A stretch of DNA of 64,000 nucleotides. Origin: Antedon mediterranea. Lineage: Eukaryota; Animalia; Echinodermata. A model generated the notes under the pieces. It made no database searches and was not told where the DNA came from. It worked only from the letters and a program-made list of their open reading frames with translations. The position numbers and the translations under genes are program-made. The stretch lies in contig NC_092671.1 in assembly GCF_964355755.1 (NCBI RefSeq), positions 5,394,001 to 5,458,000 of the forward strand, in the 5' to 3' direction. Shown piece by piece: positions 53,066-63,726 of this stretch (the stretch's first letter is position 1; the number at the start of each line of letters is the position of its first letter).

Positions 53066-54297
53066 GAGGATTATTATCAATAGCAGAGCTTTTACAATTA
53101 GATTATGACCTAAATTCCCAATCACCTGATCAGTATTGTTTACTCTTGCGACGCTATGCGGGTATGACCCTAACGAATCTCACGTTTGGAGATGGTGCGA
53201 ATAAAGCTACATTATGTTCGATGAAAGGTTGTATGAGAGCGCTTGTTGCGCAATTAACTGCAGACAATGAAGATCTCACACAAGTTGCAGCCAGTGTACT
53301 GCGAAACCTTTCTTGGCGGGCAGATATTGCTAGTAAACGTGTTCTGCGCGAAGTTGGTTCTGTTGTGGCTTTAATGAATGCTGCTCTGGTTGTAAAGAAA
53401 GAGCCAACTCTGAAAAGTGTACTAAGCGCTTTGTGGAACCTATCTGCACATTGTACAGAAAACAAAGCAGATATTTGTGCAGTAGAGGGTGCACTTAAAT
53501 TTCTTGTCAGTACACTGACTTATAAAAGCCCATCACGCACATGGGCAGTTGTCGAAAATGGTGGAGGTATTCTCCGAAATGTATCAAGTCACATTGCAAC
53601 TAGCGACGTATATCGTAACATTTTGCGCGTACATAACTGTTTACAAATCTTACTGAAACAACTGAAGTCTTCAAGTTTAACTATTGTCAGCAATGCTTGT
53701 GGAACATTGTGGAATTTGTCAGCTCGTTGCAAAGACGATCAGGACTTACTTTGGAAGTTAGGAGCTGTAAACATGTTAAAAAATCTTGTACATTCCAAGC
53801 ATAAAATGATTGCAATGGGAAGCTCTGCCGCGCTCAAGAATCTAATGGCTGCTAAACCAGACATGTCAAGTCACGATGGCTCTAAAGACTCTACACCAAC
53901 TCTACACATCAGGAAACAAAAAGCTTTAGTGGAAGAGATTGACAAGAACCTGAGAGATGCTTTCAGTAGTATGAATAAACCATATGATAAATCTGACAAT
54001 GGTAGAAAGAGTAGCAGAGGAAGGCTTGTCTACCCTAGGAATCAATCTCATAGTGTACATCATACAGATAGCGGCACAAAAGGACCAGTCTGGTTTCCAA
54101 GAGATCCAAATAAATTGGAAACAAAGAGAAATCACTCACCATTGGAATCAGGATCATCAGATAGTGATAATCACCATGTTCAACAATCGCCTGGTTCTTC
54201 AAAGCATGACAGAAGTGAATACGAGACAGATGATAGTGGGAAGGATTCTTCTAAAGGCAGAAGAGACCGTAAACAGGAAGGATCTAAATTAGAAAGA
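53066..54297 (+). CDS. APC: APC coding exon (armadillo repeats)
   Basis: Contains RRYAGMTLTNLTFGD, ASVLRNLSWRAD, SALWNLSAHCTENKADIC, NACGTLWNLSAR and HSKHKMIAMGSSAALKNL. Acceptor ttcag, donor AGA|gtaagt. Confidence 0.98.
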
Positions 54298-54497
54298 GTA
54301 AGTAATAATATTTCATATATTTGTGAATTTGAATCAATCAATCTATCAGCCACAAGTATTAAGAATAATATGAACATCTCTGACATTGTCTTATAAGCAG
54401 TAAGACATGATTTTTCCTGATTTTAATTTGCCACCTTTAGTGGCACGTCATCCAAATAATGATATTAATATTTTATCTTTTTTTTTTTCATTTTCAG

Positions 54498-57400
54498 ATG
54501 ATGTTAGAGGTCGCAATGAATGCAGGAATCAAAATTGAAAATGAAGAAACGAATAACACTCGTCAAATAGAGAAAGATCAAGCATCTATGAGACCAAGTT
54601 CAGTGACAAAAATCCAGCAACAAAATGGATCAAACCTCACCAGTAGATCAAACTCTTTTTGTTTTGGCTTTGATGCCAATGGTCAAAATTTCCATGCAAG
54701 GAGACTTTCAAATGACAGTATTAATAGCATTGCTAGTGATGTTTATCCAATGGGTACACATGGAAGTCCTTATGGAAGGCATCATATTGACCATCAAATG
54801 GCCTATAATACTGGCTACCAGAATGAAGCTCATTCTATGTTGGCAGAGAATCATGCTGCAATGATAAGAAAGGTCACAGATGATTGTCTTGAGCAAGATA
54901 GAGACACAATTATTAACTTCAGCCAGAAGTATTCTGATGAAAGCCTTGGTGGAAGGACCGCCAAAGATTCCAAAGATAAGGAGACAGCAAGGAATCAAAT
55001 TCCAAATATTCCTCCAGATTTGGCACGAAAATATCAGTTACCATTTCACCAACCGAAAGAGGATGAGAGACGTATGTTCAATATGGGACACAACTCAGGA
55101 AACCCATCCAGAGCTACTGGCAATCAGATTTACTCTCAAAGGTTTAATTATCCAACAGGTTACAACTTAAATCAGTCAAGCAATGGTCAATCTGAAGATA
55201 AACCATCAAGCAATGTGGAACTAATTAGAGCACGACCAAATCCAAAGATGACCACTTTTCTTGGATCAAAACTTCCATCACAGATGAGAGAACCAGCTAT
55301 TTCAGGTGCTAGGCAAGTTCATTACGATGATGATGAACATGAAGAATTCTCTGCTACTGATCAACCTACAGATTACTCAAGAAGATACGCAACAGATATG
55401 GATGAATCAACTTCTCCAGGAGTGAATTTTATCCAAATGCCATTTACATCTGGTACAAACTCAAGCATATATATGGTAGCCGAGGATACTCCAGATGTAT
55501 TGAATGTCGGTAACCAGAATAATGATAAATGTAGTGATGATGACAAACGAAACACTCAATCTAACGGTAAAGAGATCTTTAAAGATGACAAAAAGAAATT
55601 CTGTGTTGAAGACACTCCGACTGTCTACTCAATGCGTTCTTCATTAAGTTCTTTGAATTTTGATGAGCCTGATCATGTCCAACAACGTGAATCATATACA
55701 CCACCTTTAGAGCATGAACAACATAATGATTTACAGCAAGATGAAGACAATGAATCAAGAATGTTAAACAACCATACTAAATATGAAAAAGATGAAAGAG
55801 AAGTGCATTTTGTTGAAGAGACACCTTTAGTATTTAGTAGAGCTAGCTCTACTAGTTCATTGAGTAGCTTTGATATGCCTTCCATATGCGAAGACCGATC
55901 ATCAATCTTCAGTGACAGCAGACGAGCAAGTGAAGTTGTAAGTCCAAGTGATCTTCCAGATAGTCCCAGTCAGAGTATGCCTTCCAGTCCTAAGAGGAAC
56001 AAGTCTGCATTTCTAAAGAAAAAAGCTGATATCTGTGAACAGAAAGTTATAAATACTGTTTCCAAAGCACCGCCTCCACCTGAACTATCATACAAACCAA
56101 CTACCTTTGCTACTGAAGGTACCCCAATGGACTTCTCATGTTCAACAAGTTTGAGTGGTTTGAGTATTGAAGGAGAGGAGAAGATCAAGAAAGACATCGA
56201 TTTGCCTCGTGTATGGTCAGAAGAACCAAATGATCATGAGACTGAATCACAGATAACCACAGATGATACACAAATCACAGAGGACGAAGTCGCTGAAATG
56301 TCTGAAAGGGAACAAAATCTTCTAGATGCTTGCATTAAATCTGCCATTCCAGCCAAAAAGTCAACCACTCGTCAAACTAAAGGAAAATCAAAAACAGCAA
56401 ACAAAGGAAAAGACTCATTGGCAAAGAATAATTTTTCACTCGTACAAGAAGAATTACCTGCTAAAGATGTTAAACAAAGTTACTGCACAGAAGACACACC
56501 ACTTATGTTGTCAACACGAACTTCTTTAAGTGACCTAACAATTGATGACTTTGAGATCAGCACAACAACTGGAGGCCAATTAGTTATGAAGGATGTGAAG
56601 AAAGATGATAAACTTGATCATCAAACTGAAGAAAACTTTAAGAATGGAGAAAGTCAGTTGAATGCAGGAAAGGAAGAAGGCGCTTCAGAACCAAATTCTT
56701 TCTTAAATGATACAGATGATTCAATTCTTGAAGCATGCATCAACTCAGCAATACCACCACCAAAACCATCTAAATTTAGACACAGTGGCTCAAAAGGCAA
56801 GTCTTCACGGCTTGGAGCGAAATCACGCAACATGGGAAGGCCAAGTGGTATTCCGCGCAGAAGGAATACTCCTCCTGACAACAGACACAGAAATCATTCT
56901 CCTATTCCTGAAGTGGAATCTGAGAATAAAACTACTGGAAACGAAAGAGTACAGGCATGGTGTAAGTTTCAACCGGATGAATTGTTACATTTCAGAACAG
57001 AGAAAACACCTAGTACATATTCTGCAGGATCCGGTCTTAGCAAACTAACAATTGACTCTGCTTTACAAGAAGATGTTATAAATGGTAATGTTGAGCTGAA
57101 CACAATACCACAGGTTCCACTTAAATCTGCAACAAGTAAAACATTCCTCTCTACAGCAATTGCACAAAGAAAACCTGTGTATGGTGCTAGTCCTGGGGCA
57201 TCTCCATTAGATTCACCAAGAGTGTTTGGTATTGAGGGTACGCCAATATCCTTCTCAAGAAATGATTCTCTTAGCTCTCTCAGTTGTGAAGAAGATGTTG
57301 ATTTCTCTGAAGCTAAAAGGAATCTCTCTGTTGAGAAAGCAATAAAAGGAAAGTCTTCCAGTAATTCAACTGTAGCTGAGCAAAACTCATCTCAAAATGA

Positions 57401-60400
57401 AAACACAAATATGTTAATGGTGAAGAAAACAGTTGACCAACTAAACACAAATGAAAAGAAATCAGCTAATGTTGATACTTCTTTCAGACAATCACGAGTC
57501 AATTCAGCCGATTCCTGCAAGAAATTCTATGAAGAGGGCACCCCATTTTGTTTTTCACGTAATTCAAGTTTAAGCTCATTAAGTGATCTTGATGAGTGTA
57601 CGGATACATGCGAGAATGAACAACCACAACAAAACTATCCAACCTCTGGTAAAGATACTCCACACATGTTTGCTATGGAAGGCACACCAGTATGCTTCTC
57701 ACGTAACAGCTCACTTAGTTCACTAAGTATGGATGAAGAAACAGAAGCTGAACAAGCTCTTTTGGATGCTTGTATAAATTCTGCTATTCCACCACCAAAG
57801 ATAACCAAGAAACCTGTGTCCAAGGCGCCCAAACCCAGAATCAGTACTTTGTCTCAAAACCAAAAAAGTAATTCTGTGTCAGGCATAAGCGCTACTCAAC
57901 AACTAATGGAAAAGAAATCTGAATCATCTACTACTCAAGCCAAAGGACCACGAATAGTTAAACCATCAGAAACACAAAAGCAGCCTGAAACTAAGTCTGT
58001 TGTTGGAGGTAAGAAAACGTACAAAAGTCCAATCACTGGAAAATCGCGTTCAATTACCCTACCACGTTCAACCACACCACCTAAACCAGTGACACCAACT
58101 AAAGGTGCACAGAAAAACACTGCACAAAAGTCACCAGCAAATCGTACAGCTTCCTCGCCTAAACTACCAACTTCTAAGTCACACATGACAAAGTCAGCTA
58201 GTGGAGGATTTGAAGCAAAATCTAATACAAACAAAGTCAGTAAACCTGGACTCAATAAGACAAACAGTGCAAAAACATTAATAGTAACAAAGAGCCCTAG
58301 AACAGCTCCTGTATCAAGAACAAGTTCAGCACCACCATCTAGAACAGCTTCAGCTCCAGGCTCAAGATCACAATCCCCATCTACAAACAAACAAGCAGCC
58401 AACAAACGATCTATCTCACAAAGTCCTGCTAGAGATCTAGGGCGCAACACTTCTCCCAAGACCAGAAATGACTCTTCGGGTAGAAGAGCCAGTATTGAAA
58501 GTAACTCTTCAACAAGTTCAAATACAAGTGGCTTTAAGTCAAGGACTACTGGAACACCTCCAAAGGACAACAAAACCAATGCGCCTAAAAAGGCACCAGG
58601 AAAGCCACTATCAAAACCTTCACCAGCGAAAACTACAACAGGCTCTCCAAAGCTAGGAAGAGCTGGAACAGCTGGAGCAGGTGTAAAAAAGAAAACAGCA
58701 ACCGTTTCAAAAACATCAAAGTCTCCACCTAAAGAAACTACACTTGATGTTCCAAGACCTACTCTAGTAAAACAATCTACATTCACCAAAGATTCTGCAT
58801 CCATTCCAGAGAGTACTCCTGTTAACACAACTATTGTTACTACAACTGCTTTAGGGAAACCTAGACAGGAAAGCAAACTAGTGAAAGGAAGACCTCAAAC
58901 ACTTAACACTGCTAAAAAAACAACCATTTTAAAAAATAAACCACCTAATCCAAATCTTACAGAAAAATCAAAGAAAAGCCTATCCAATACTCCACCTCTT
59001 TTAAAAAGGTCAGCCACAAATGAAAGCAATGATGTTAAATGTGACATCAAACGACAAAGTGTCTTTGAAAGAGAGTTGGAAGAACTGTTGGGAGCTGCTG
59101 GTACTCAGTTATGTTCAGAAGTAGGTTCACGACTGACATTTGTTGTAAGAAAGGGTCCACCTCATGCAAATGCAAAGGACATTAGTGAAAGTGAATCGGA
59201 AGAGAAACAAAGTAATTCAGCACATCAAAAATCTCCTCGACAATTTGAGTTTCATGAAACAAGAAACTGTTTAAAAAGTGACAAATTATCAGGTCAGGAA
59301 AAAAGTGATGAAACAACCAGTCAAGGAAAAAGTGATGAATCATCCAGTCAAGGAAAAAATGACAATAACATCACCATTGAGATTCATCAGAAAAGTGTTG
59401 ATTCCGATACTTATGTTACTAGTGATTCTGCTAGTATATGTTCTCGTGCTAGTGAGATAACCCTAACTCGTAGACCACTTCCCGAACGAAGTTTATCTAC
59501 TCCTGAACCTGGATCTTACGGACCTTGGATGAAGAGGAATGACAGTGATCTGACTTCACCGACATCTTCTAAAGCTTCTTCTTTCACATCTCGCCAGAAC
59601 AGTTCATACAGTCTGCATGCTATTAGTGAATGTGGTGATGCTCTTAACTGGAAACACCGTTTGAACTCGCAGTCCACTCTTGGAAACAGAATGGAAACTT
59701 GGAGTCGTCAGAGCACACCACAAGCTGGACGAAAAAACATGATCGTCAATAAGAAATCGCAGAGTGTAAACAGTCTTAGCGGGGTGGAGTTGGAGAAGAA
59801 AGAAAAGAAACGATTTTCTTTTTTAAAGTTTAAATTTAGAAGTAAAAAGAGTTTGGAGGATGAAGATGAGAAAGAGAAATCTTCCAAAGAGCAAAAATCA
59901 AAAGATCCTAAAAAGAAAAAAGACGACAAATCGAAAGACAAATCAAAATATACAGAAAAATCAAAATCCACAGAAAACTTTGAAAGATCTTCTGAAAGAA
60001 GCAGTAAAAGGAGCTCTTTCCGAGATAAATTTTCTCCTCGACTCAAGAAAAAAGGTAAAAAAGAGAAGGATAATGACAAAGATAAAATTTTGAAGGATAA
60101 GGAAGTAGAAATGGATGTGAAAGAAGACCAGCAGAAGGTAAATGACCAATCAGAGAATGATGTCTTCCGATATCCGGATAATACTCTTGATAGAAGGCTT
60201 GGACTTGACAGGTGGAATAGTGATAACAACATTGACAATGAGGTCATGCCATACTATACAGATGAATGGGACAGTGACAATGACATCAACAATGAGACAA
60301 TGCCAGACTTGCCAGAAAGCTGTTCAGATATGGATCATAGCCCAGATGATCCACCATACCAAATAACCATCACTTGTAACGGTTATGGAGCAAAATCTAC

Positions 60401-60836
60401 AAAGGATAAAAAGACTAAGGTGGCTGAGACAATTGGTGAGAAACAAAGAACAAGAAACTCATCATTCGTTGATGAGGAAGACACGACATTAAATTCTTCA
60501 AAAAACTCGAGGCGGAGGACCCTCAGTGCTGATGGACCGAGCCAATCAGGGTCGCAAAATGGGTCACCTCGGCCTCAGAAACTTCAGCTGCCGCATAAGC
60601 CATTTGGAATGAACAGAAGTGAAGACTCACCAGCAACTGTCACGTCTGCGTTGGTATCTCCTTATAATTACAGTCCTTACAAGAGGTCGTCAGGCCAGAG
60701 GGCGGACATGACGCGCTTGATTCAAGACATCAAACAATTACATCTGACAAAAGATGACTTGATGAAGCTGGGTGGTGAAGAAGGAGACAATGAGCTTGTC
60801 AGTCCATCAAGTTCTTCAACAATCACAACAGTATAA
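54498..60836 (+). CDS. APC: APC giant terminal exon (15-aa and 20-aa repeats, CID, SAMP repeats, basic region, PDZ-binding tail)
   Basis: Acceptor ttttcag|ATG. 15-aa repeats near 54897 and 55356. 20-aa repeats at 55599, 55806, 56106, 56481, 56991 (degenerate), 57225, 57525 and 57669. CID SPSDLPDSP near 55940. SAMP-type repeats at 56340, 56745 and 57780. Also KGPRIVKP, GGKKTYKS, RPTLVKQSTF and C-terminal ITTV*. Confidence 0.98.
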   Translation: MMLEVAMNAGIKIENEETNNTRQIEKDQASMRPSSVTKIQQQNGSNLTSRSNSFCFGFDANGQNFHARRLSNDSINSIASDVYPMGTHGSPYGRHHIDHQMAYNTGYQNEAHSMLAENHAAMIRKVTDDCLEQDRDTIINFSQKYSDESLGGRTAKDSKDKETARNQIPNIPPDLARKYQLPFHQPKEDERRMFNMGHNSGNPSRATGNQIYSQRFNYPTGYNLNQSSNGQSEDKPSSNVELIRARPNPKMTTFLGSKLPSQMREPAISGARQVHYDDDEHEEFSATDQPTDYSRRYATDMDESTSPGVNFIQMPFTSGTNSSIYMVAEDTPDVLNVGNQNNDKCSDDDKRNTQSNGKEIFKDDKKKFCVEDTPTVYSMRSSLSSLNFDEPDHVQQRESYTPPLEHEQHNDLQQDEDNESRMLNNHTKYEKDEREVHFVEETPLVFSRASSTSSLSSFDMPSICEDRSSIFSDSRRASEVVSPSDLPDSPSQSMPSSPKRNKSAFLKKKADICEQKVINTVSKAPPPPELSYKPTTFATEGTPMDFSCSTSLSGLSIEGEEKIKKDIDLPRVWSEEPNDHETESQITTDDTQITEDEVAEMSEREQNLLDACIKSAIPAKKSTTRQTKGKSKTANKGKDSLAKNNFSLVQEELPAKDVKQSYCTEDTPLMLSTRTSLSDLTIDDFEISTTTGGQLVMKDVKKDDKLDHQTEENFKNGESQLNAGKEEGASEPNSFLNDTDDSILEACINSAIPPPKPSKFRHSGSKGKSSRLGAKSRNMGRPSGIPRRRNTPPDNRHRNHSPIPEVESENKTTGNERVQAWCKFQPDELLHFRTEKTPSTYSAGSGLSKLTIDSALQEDVINGNVELNTIPQVPLKSATSKTFLSTAIAQRKPVYGASPGASPLDSPRVFGIEGTPISFSRNDSLSSLSCEEDVDFSEAKRNLSVEKAIKGKSSSNSTVAEQNSSQNENTNMLMVKKTVDQLNTNEKKSANVDTSFRQSRVNSADSCKKFYEEGTPFCFSRNSSLSSLSDLDECTDTCENEQPQQNYPTSGKDTPHMFAMEGTPVCFSRNSSLSSLSMDEETEAEQALLDACINSAIPPPKITKKPVSKAPKPRISTLSQNQKSNSVSGISATQQLMEKKSESSTTQAKGPRIVKPSETQKQPETKSVVGGKKTYKSPITGKSRSITLPRSTTPPKPVTPTKGAQKNTAQKSPANRTASSPKLPTSKSHMTKSASGGFEAKSNTNKVSKPGLNKTNSAKTLIVTKSPRTAPVSRTSSAPPSRTASAPGSRSQSPSTNKQAANKRSISQSPARDLGRNTSPKTRNDSSGRRASIESNSSTSSNTSGFKSRTTGTPPKDNKTNAPKKAPGKPLSKPSPAKTTTGSPKLGRAGTAGAGVKKKTATVSKTSKSPPKETTLDVPRPTLVKQSTFTKDSASIPESTPVNTTIVTTTALGKPRQESKLVKGRPQTLNTAKKTTILKNKPPNPNLTEKSKKSLSNTPPLLKRSATNESNDVKCDIKRQSVFERELEELLGAAGTQLCSEVGSRLTFVVRKGPPHANAKDISESESEEKQSNSAHQKSPRQFEFHETRNCLKSDKLSGQEKSDETTSQGKSDESSSQGKNDNNITIEIHQKSVDSDTYVTSDSASICSRASEITLTRRPLPERSLSTPEPGSYGPWMKRNDSDLTSPTSSKASSFTSRQNSSYSLHAISECGDALNWKHRLNSQSTLGNRMETWSRQSTPQAGRKNMIVNKKSQSVNSLSGVELEKKEKKRFSFLKFKFRSKKSLEDEDEKEKSSKEQKSKDPKKKKDDKSKDKSKYTEKSKSTENFERSSERSSKRSSFRDKFSPRLKKKGKKEKDNDKDKILKDKEVEMDVKEDQQKVNDQSENDVFRYPDNTLDRRLGLDRWNSDNNIDNEVMPYYTDEWDSDNDINNETMPDLPESCSDMDHSPDDPPYQITITCNGYGAKSTKDKKTKVAETIGEKQRTRNSSFVDEEDTTLNSSKNSRRRTLSADGPSQSGSQNGSPRPQKLQLPHKPFGMNRSEDSPATVTSALVSPYNYSPYKRSSGQRADMTRLIQDIKQLHLTKDDLMKLGGEEGDNELVSPSSSSTITTV

Positions 60837-61032
60837 TTACCTCAAATAATCTTTAGAATGTATATATTTTATCAAAGGTTCCTAAAGAAAATCGTAATTG
60901 TATAACTTTGAAATAGAATTGTGCATGGAATAGTCTGCAACACTTGTACCACAGTGGAATGAACTTATGTGTATCTGAATGCTTCCATTGAATTTTAAGT
61001 GAACTATCATCCTTATACTTAAAATCTAATTG

Positions 61033-61038
61033 AATAAA
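61033..61038 (+). promoter_or_regulatory. Candidate APC polyadenylation signal (alternative at 61517-61522)
   Basis: AATAAA about 200 nt and about 680 nt after the stop codon. Weak evidence in AT-rich DNA. Confidence 0.35.
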
Positions 61039-63348
61039 TTAGAAAGCAAAGCTCTATTTCGTAACAACAGGTGTGTACCATCTATACTACTAGAATATGT
61101 GTTGCAGTCTGCTGCATCTTTGCCAGAATGAAAGAGTATATTAATATCTAGAAAAATGAACTTTAGTTGTAAGAAGAACACATCATTTACAACCCAACAA
61201 GGGGATGTGTATTCCTATTTCTTATCAGTTTTCAGTGTTTAAGAGTTTTATCATTTATTTTTAGAACTAGTTACAAGTTGTACTAGAAAAATTAAATATG
61301 AATATTTTGAAATATTATGATTATTGATTATGTTAAGTAATATCTTCGATGTTCATGGTAGATTTTGTAAACCGTTTCTCCGCATGGAGGAAAAAAAACA
61401 TGTATATTTAAACAGTTTTATAACATATTTGCTTCAACTTAGTTTTAAGGTATGGTCACATTGGTGGAATGGGCATTTACAAGTAATTTAGTATTATTGT
61501 AGCTAAAGTACTTTTTAATAAAGAGATCACAATGGATGCTGCAATAACAACGTTATGTTATTATATAATAGGCCTATATTTATGGTTACAGTAAGTTTAC
61601 AGTTTTCTACACTCAAGTGTGTGGCTAATTTATTTTGTTCGTAGATACTTTGTTTTATGTATGTATCTCGTCTATTTATATTGTACAGATATTTGATAAC
61701 AAAAGCGGTGGGTAAGTTATTTGTGACACAATTTATGTGAATTTGTTTCTTTGATGCTTTACCAGTAATAGTTCTCCTTGATGGACATAATTTGGTTGTA
61801 GCATCATTCATTTGATAAGATTTCCATTTAATAGTAAAAGGCAAGGCAATTCTATTTGCATTGATATATGTTTGTATAAGATGCAGGCTAGATATGGGAA
61901 GGGTTGGGATTGAATGAAAAGTCTATTATCTATCAGCCGAAATGCCAAATCCACCGGAATTCATGAAAAAAATATCACATTGACATAATTTTAATGTTGT
62001 GAAGAATTTGTATAGTAATAATAACATGTAATCTTATATTAAGTAAAATTTGATTCATCCATTGTAAACATATCATAAACAAATATAAAGATAAATTTTA
62101 CTGCCGAAATGTTTTTTTAGTACGATATACGATTGTTTTCATTGTACTGTACTTAATTTTCGTCCATTCTTAACGCCTTACATTGTGTCTATCATATAAT
62201 CTGAAACGTACAACTCGTTAACAAGTTTTTTCGGTTTTATATAACTGTACAGTTTTGTAGTATTCAGTATATAATTAGGTACAGAAATGCTAGCTTGCTT
62301 GATTTATATATTACCTGGAAAGTAATGAACAGGTAGATTGTTTGTGATGGGGCACAGTGTCAATAGTTCTTGCTGAATCTAGAATACTTTGAACGCGTTG
62401 TTTCAGATGTATTCCATCATTCGAATATTCATCTGGGGGCTAGTAGGAGCATGATGTTAGTCACGCTCAACATAATAATATGTTTATTTATAGTATTAAT
62501 GATGAGTTGTGTAGAGCCTGTTTATCATAGTAATGATCTACTAATAGAATCACGAAACTAAATTGATCATACATAACAATCAATATTATTAGTGGTTATC
62601 ATTTATTTATTAGAATAATTGAAACCTCAAATGCACATATTGTAATTAATATTTTATTGAAATTATATTTTTTATGTTCAGAGCACACATCGGATTAATA
62701 GAATTAGTTTATATCATTATGGAACTATGGGCTGATTTTATAGCTCCGTGTTATCAATTAAATGTGTGTGTATCTTCGGAACTTTACCCTCTGTCATATG
62801 GTTGTTGAAATTATTGCGTTTTTTTTTTAATTTTAAAAAGCTAACCAAAACAAACAGCTTGATTGGGCAAAACTTATTTTTGTTATCAGCACTTTGATAT
62901 CTGCAACAGTATCCATAATTATGAAAAAGATGTTCATTTAATAGTACCAGCTCATATTTGGGCATAGTGGCGTTTTGCAATATACTGTACAGAATTTGTT
63001 AGTATAAATATATCGATGTTTATTATTAGGTGTCCATACTTTTATCACTAGGCGCAGTTTAGGACTATGCTATTTATTTAAATATATGTTACTAGCAATG
63101 TCCCAACTGGCACCCCGTATTTTACTGTGTATATGTTACAAATTATTTTCACATGTTTTAGTAATGCATTCTCGTTATATGTGTATAAACGAAAATAATA
63201 ATAAAGAAATCGAACAAAATATATTTTATTACTTTATTGTTGCTTATTTGTCCAGGTCATTAATTTTATCAATTTAATCATTTTTTATTAACCAAAAATG
63301 TGATAATTTAGATACGTGATGTCATAGATAATGATTCTTGTGGTGATT

Positions 63349-63364
63349 TCAGTAACCCATACCT
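63349..63364 (-). CDS. Probable last coding exon of the minus-strand gene (GMGY*)
   Basis: Strong acceptor ctctttgtttcttacag, giving GGMGY-TGA. The same stop is reached if the preceding intron is retained. Confidence 0.45.
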
Positions 63365-63484
63365 CTGTAAGAAACAAAGAGAAACAAACATTTAAAAAGA
63401 ACATCAAGCAAAGCGCAATGCATCAATTCACTGTATTCTTTATTGAGCTTTACATAGAAATAATGCTTATTGGTATAAAAGTAC

Positions 63485-63526
63485 CCAAATCTGTCCCCTG
63501 TATTTTTCACTACGGCCGAATCAAGC
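63485..63526 (-). CDS. Exon of the unidentified minus-strand gene (3' boundary uncertain)
   Basis: Acceptor tttgtttccag, phase 2 in, encoding LDSAVVKNTGDRFG. The donor gtactt is weak. Confidence 0.6.
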
Positions 63527-63613
63527 CTGGAAACAAATCAAGCACATCGACAAATACTGTACTTAAACAATGTACCCATGTCGGGTACAGTATATACAAC
63601 AGTTTATACTTAC

Positions 63614-63726
63614 GAAACAGCGCAGGACTGGCGCCGAGATTTCATTCGCTGTTGGCGTAGTTTTAAATCTTGTTCGGTCAAATTATATTCGTAAGCATCA
63701 TGAAAAATCACTTTAGGAACAATCAC
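63614..63726 (-). CDS. Exon of the unidentified minus-strand gene
   Basis: Acceptor ttctttacag, open frame VIVPKVIFHDAYEYNLTEQDLKLRQQRMKSRRQSCAVS, donor gtaagt. Phase 0 in matches the previous exon. Confidence 0.8.

Noticed and set aside
54298-54396. C-terminal extension of the 416-aa ORF
   Set aside because: Read-through into the intron after the AGA|gtaagt donor.
54459-54497. ORF-track start MILIFYLFFFHFQ
   Set aside because: This is the intron polypyrimidine tract; the exon starts at 54498.
57935-58876. 313-aa antisense ORF (also 59708-60247 and other minus-strand ORFs within APC exons)
   Set aside because: These are shadows of Ser/Thr/Lys/Pro-biased APC codons. The translations are low complexity with no motif or splice support.
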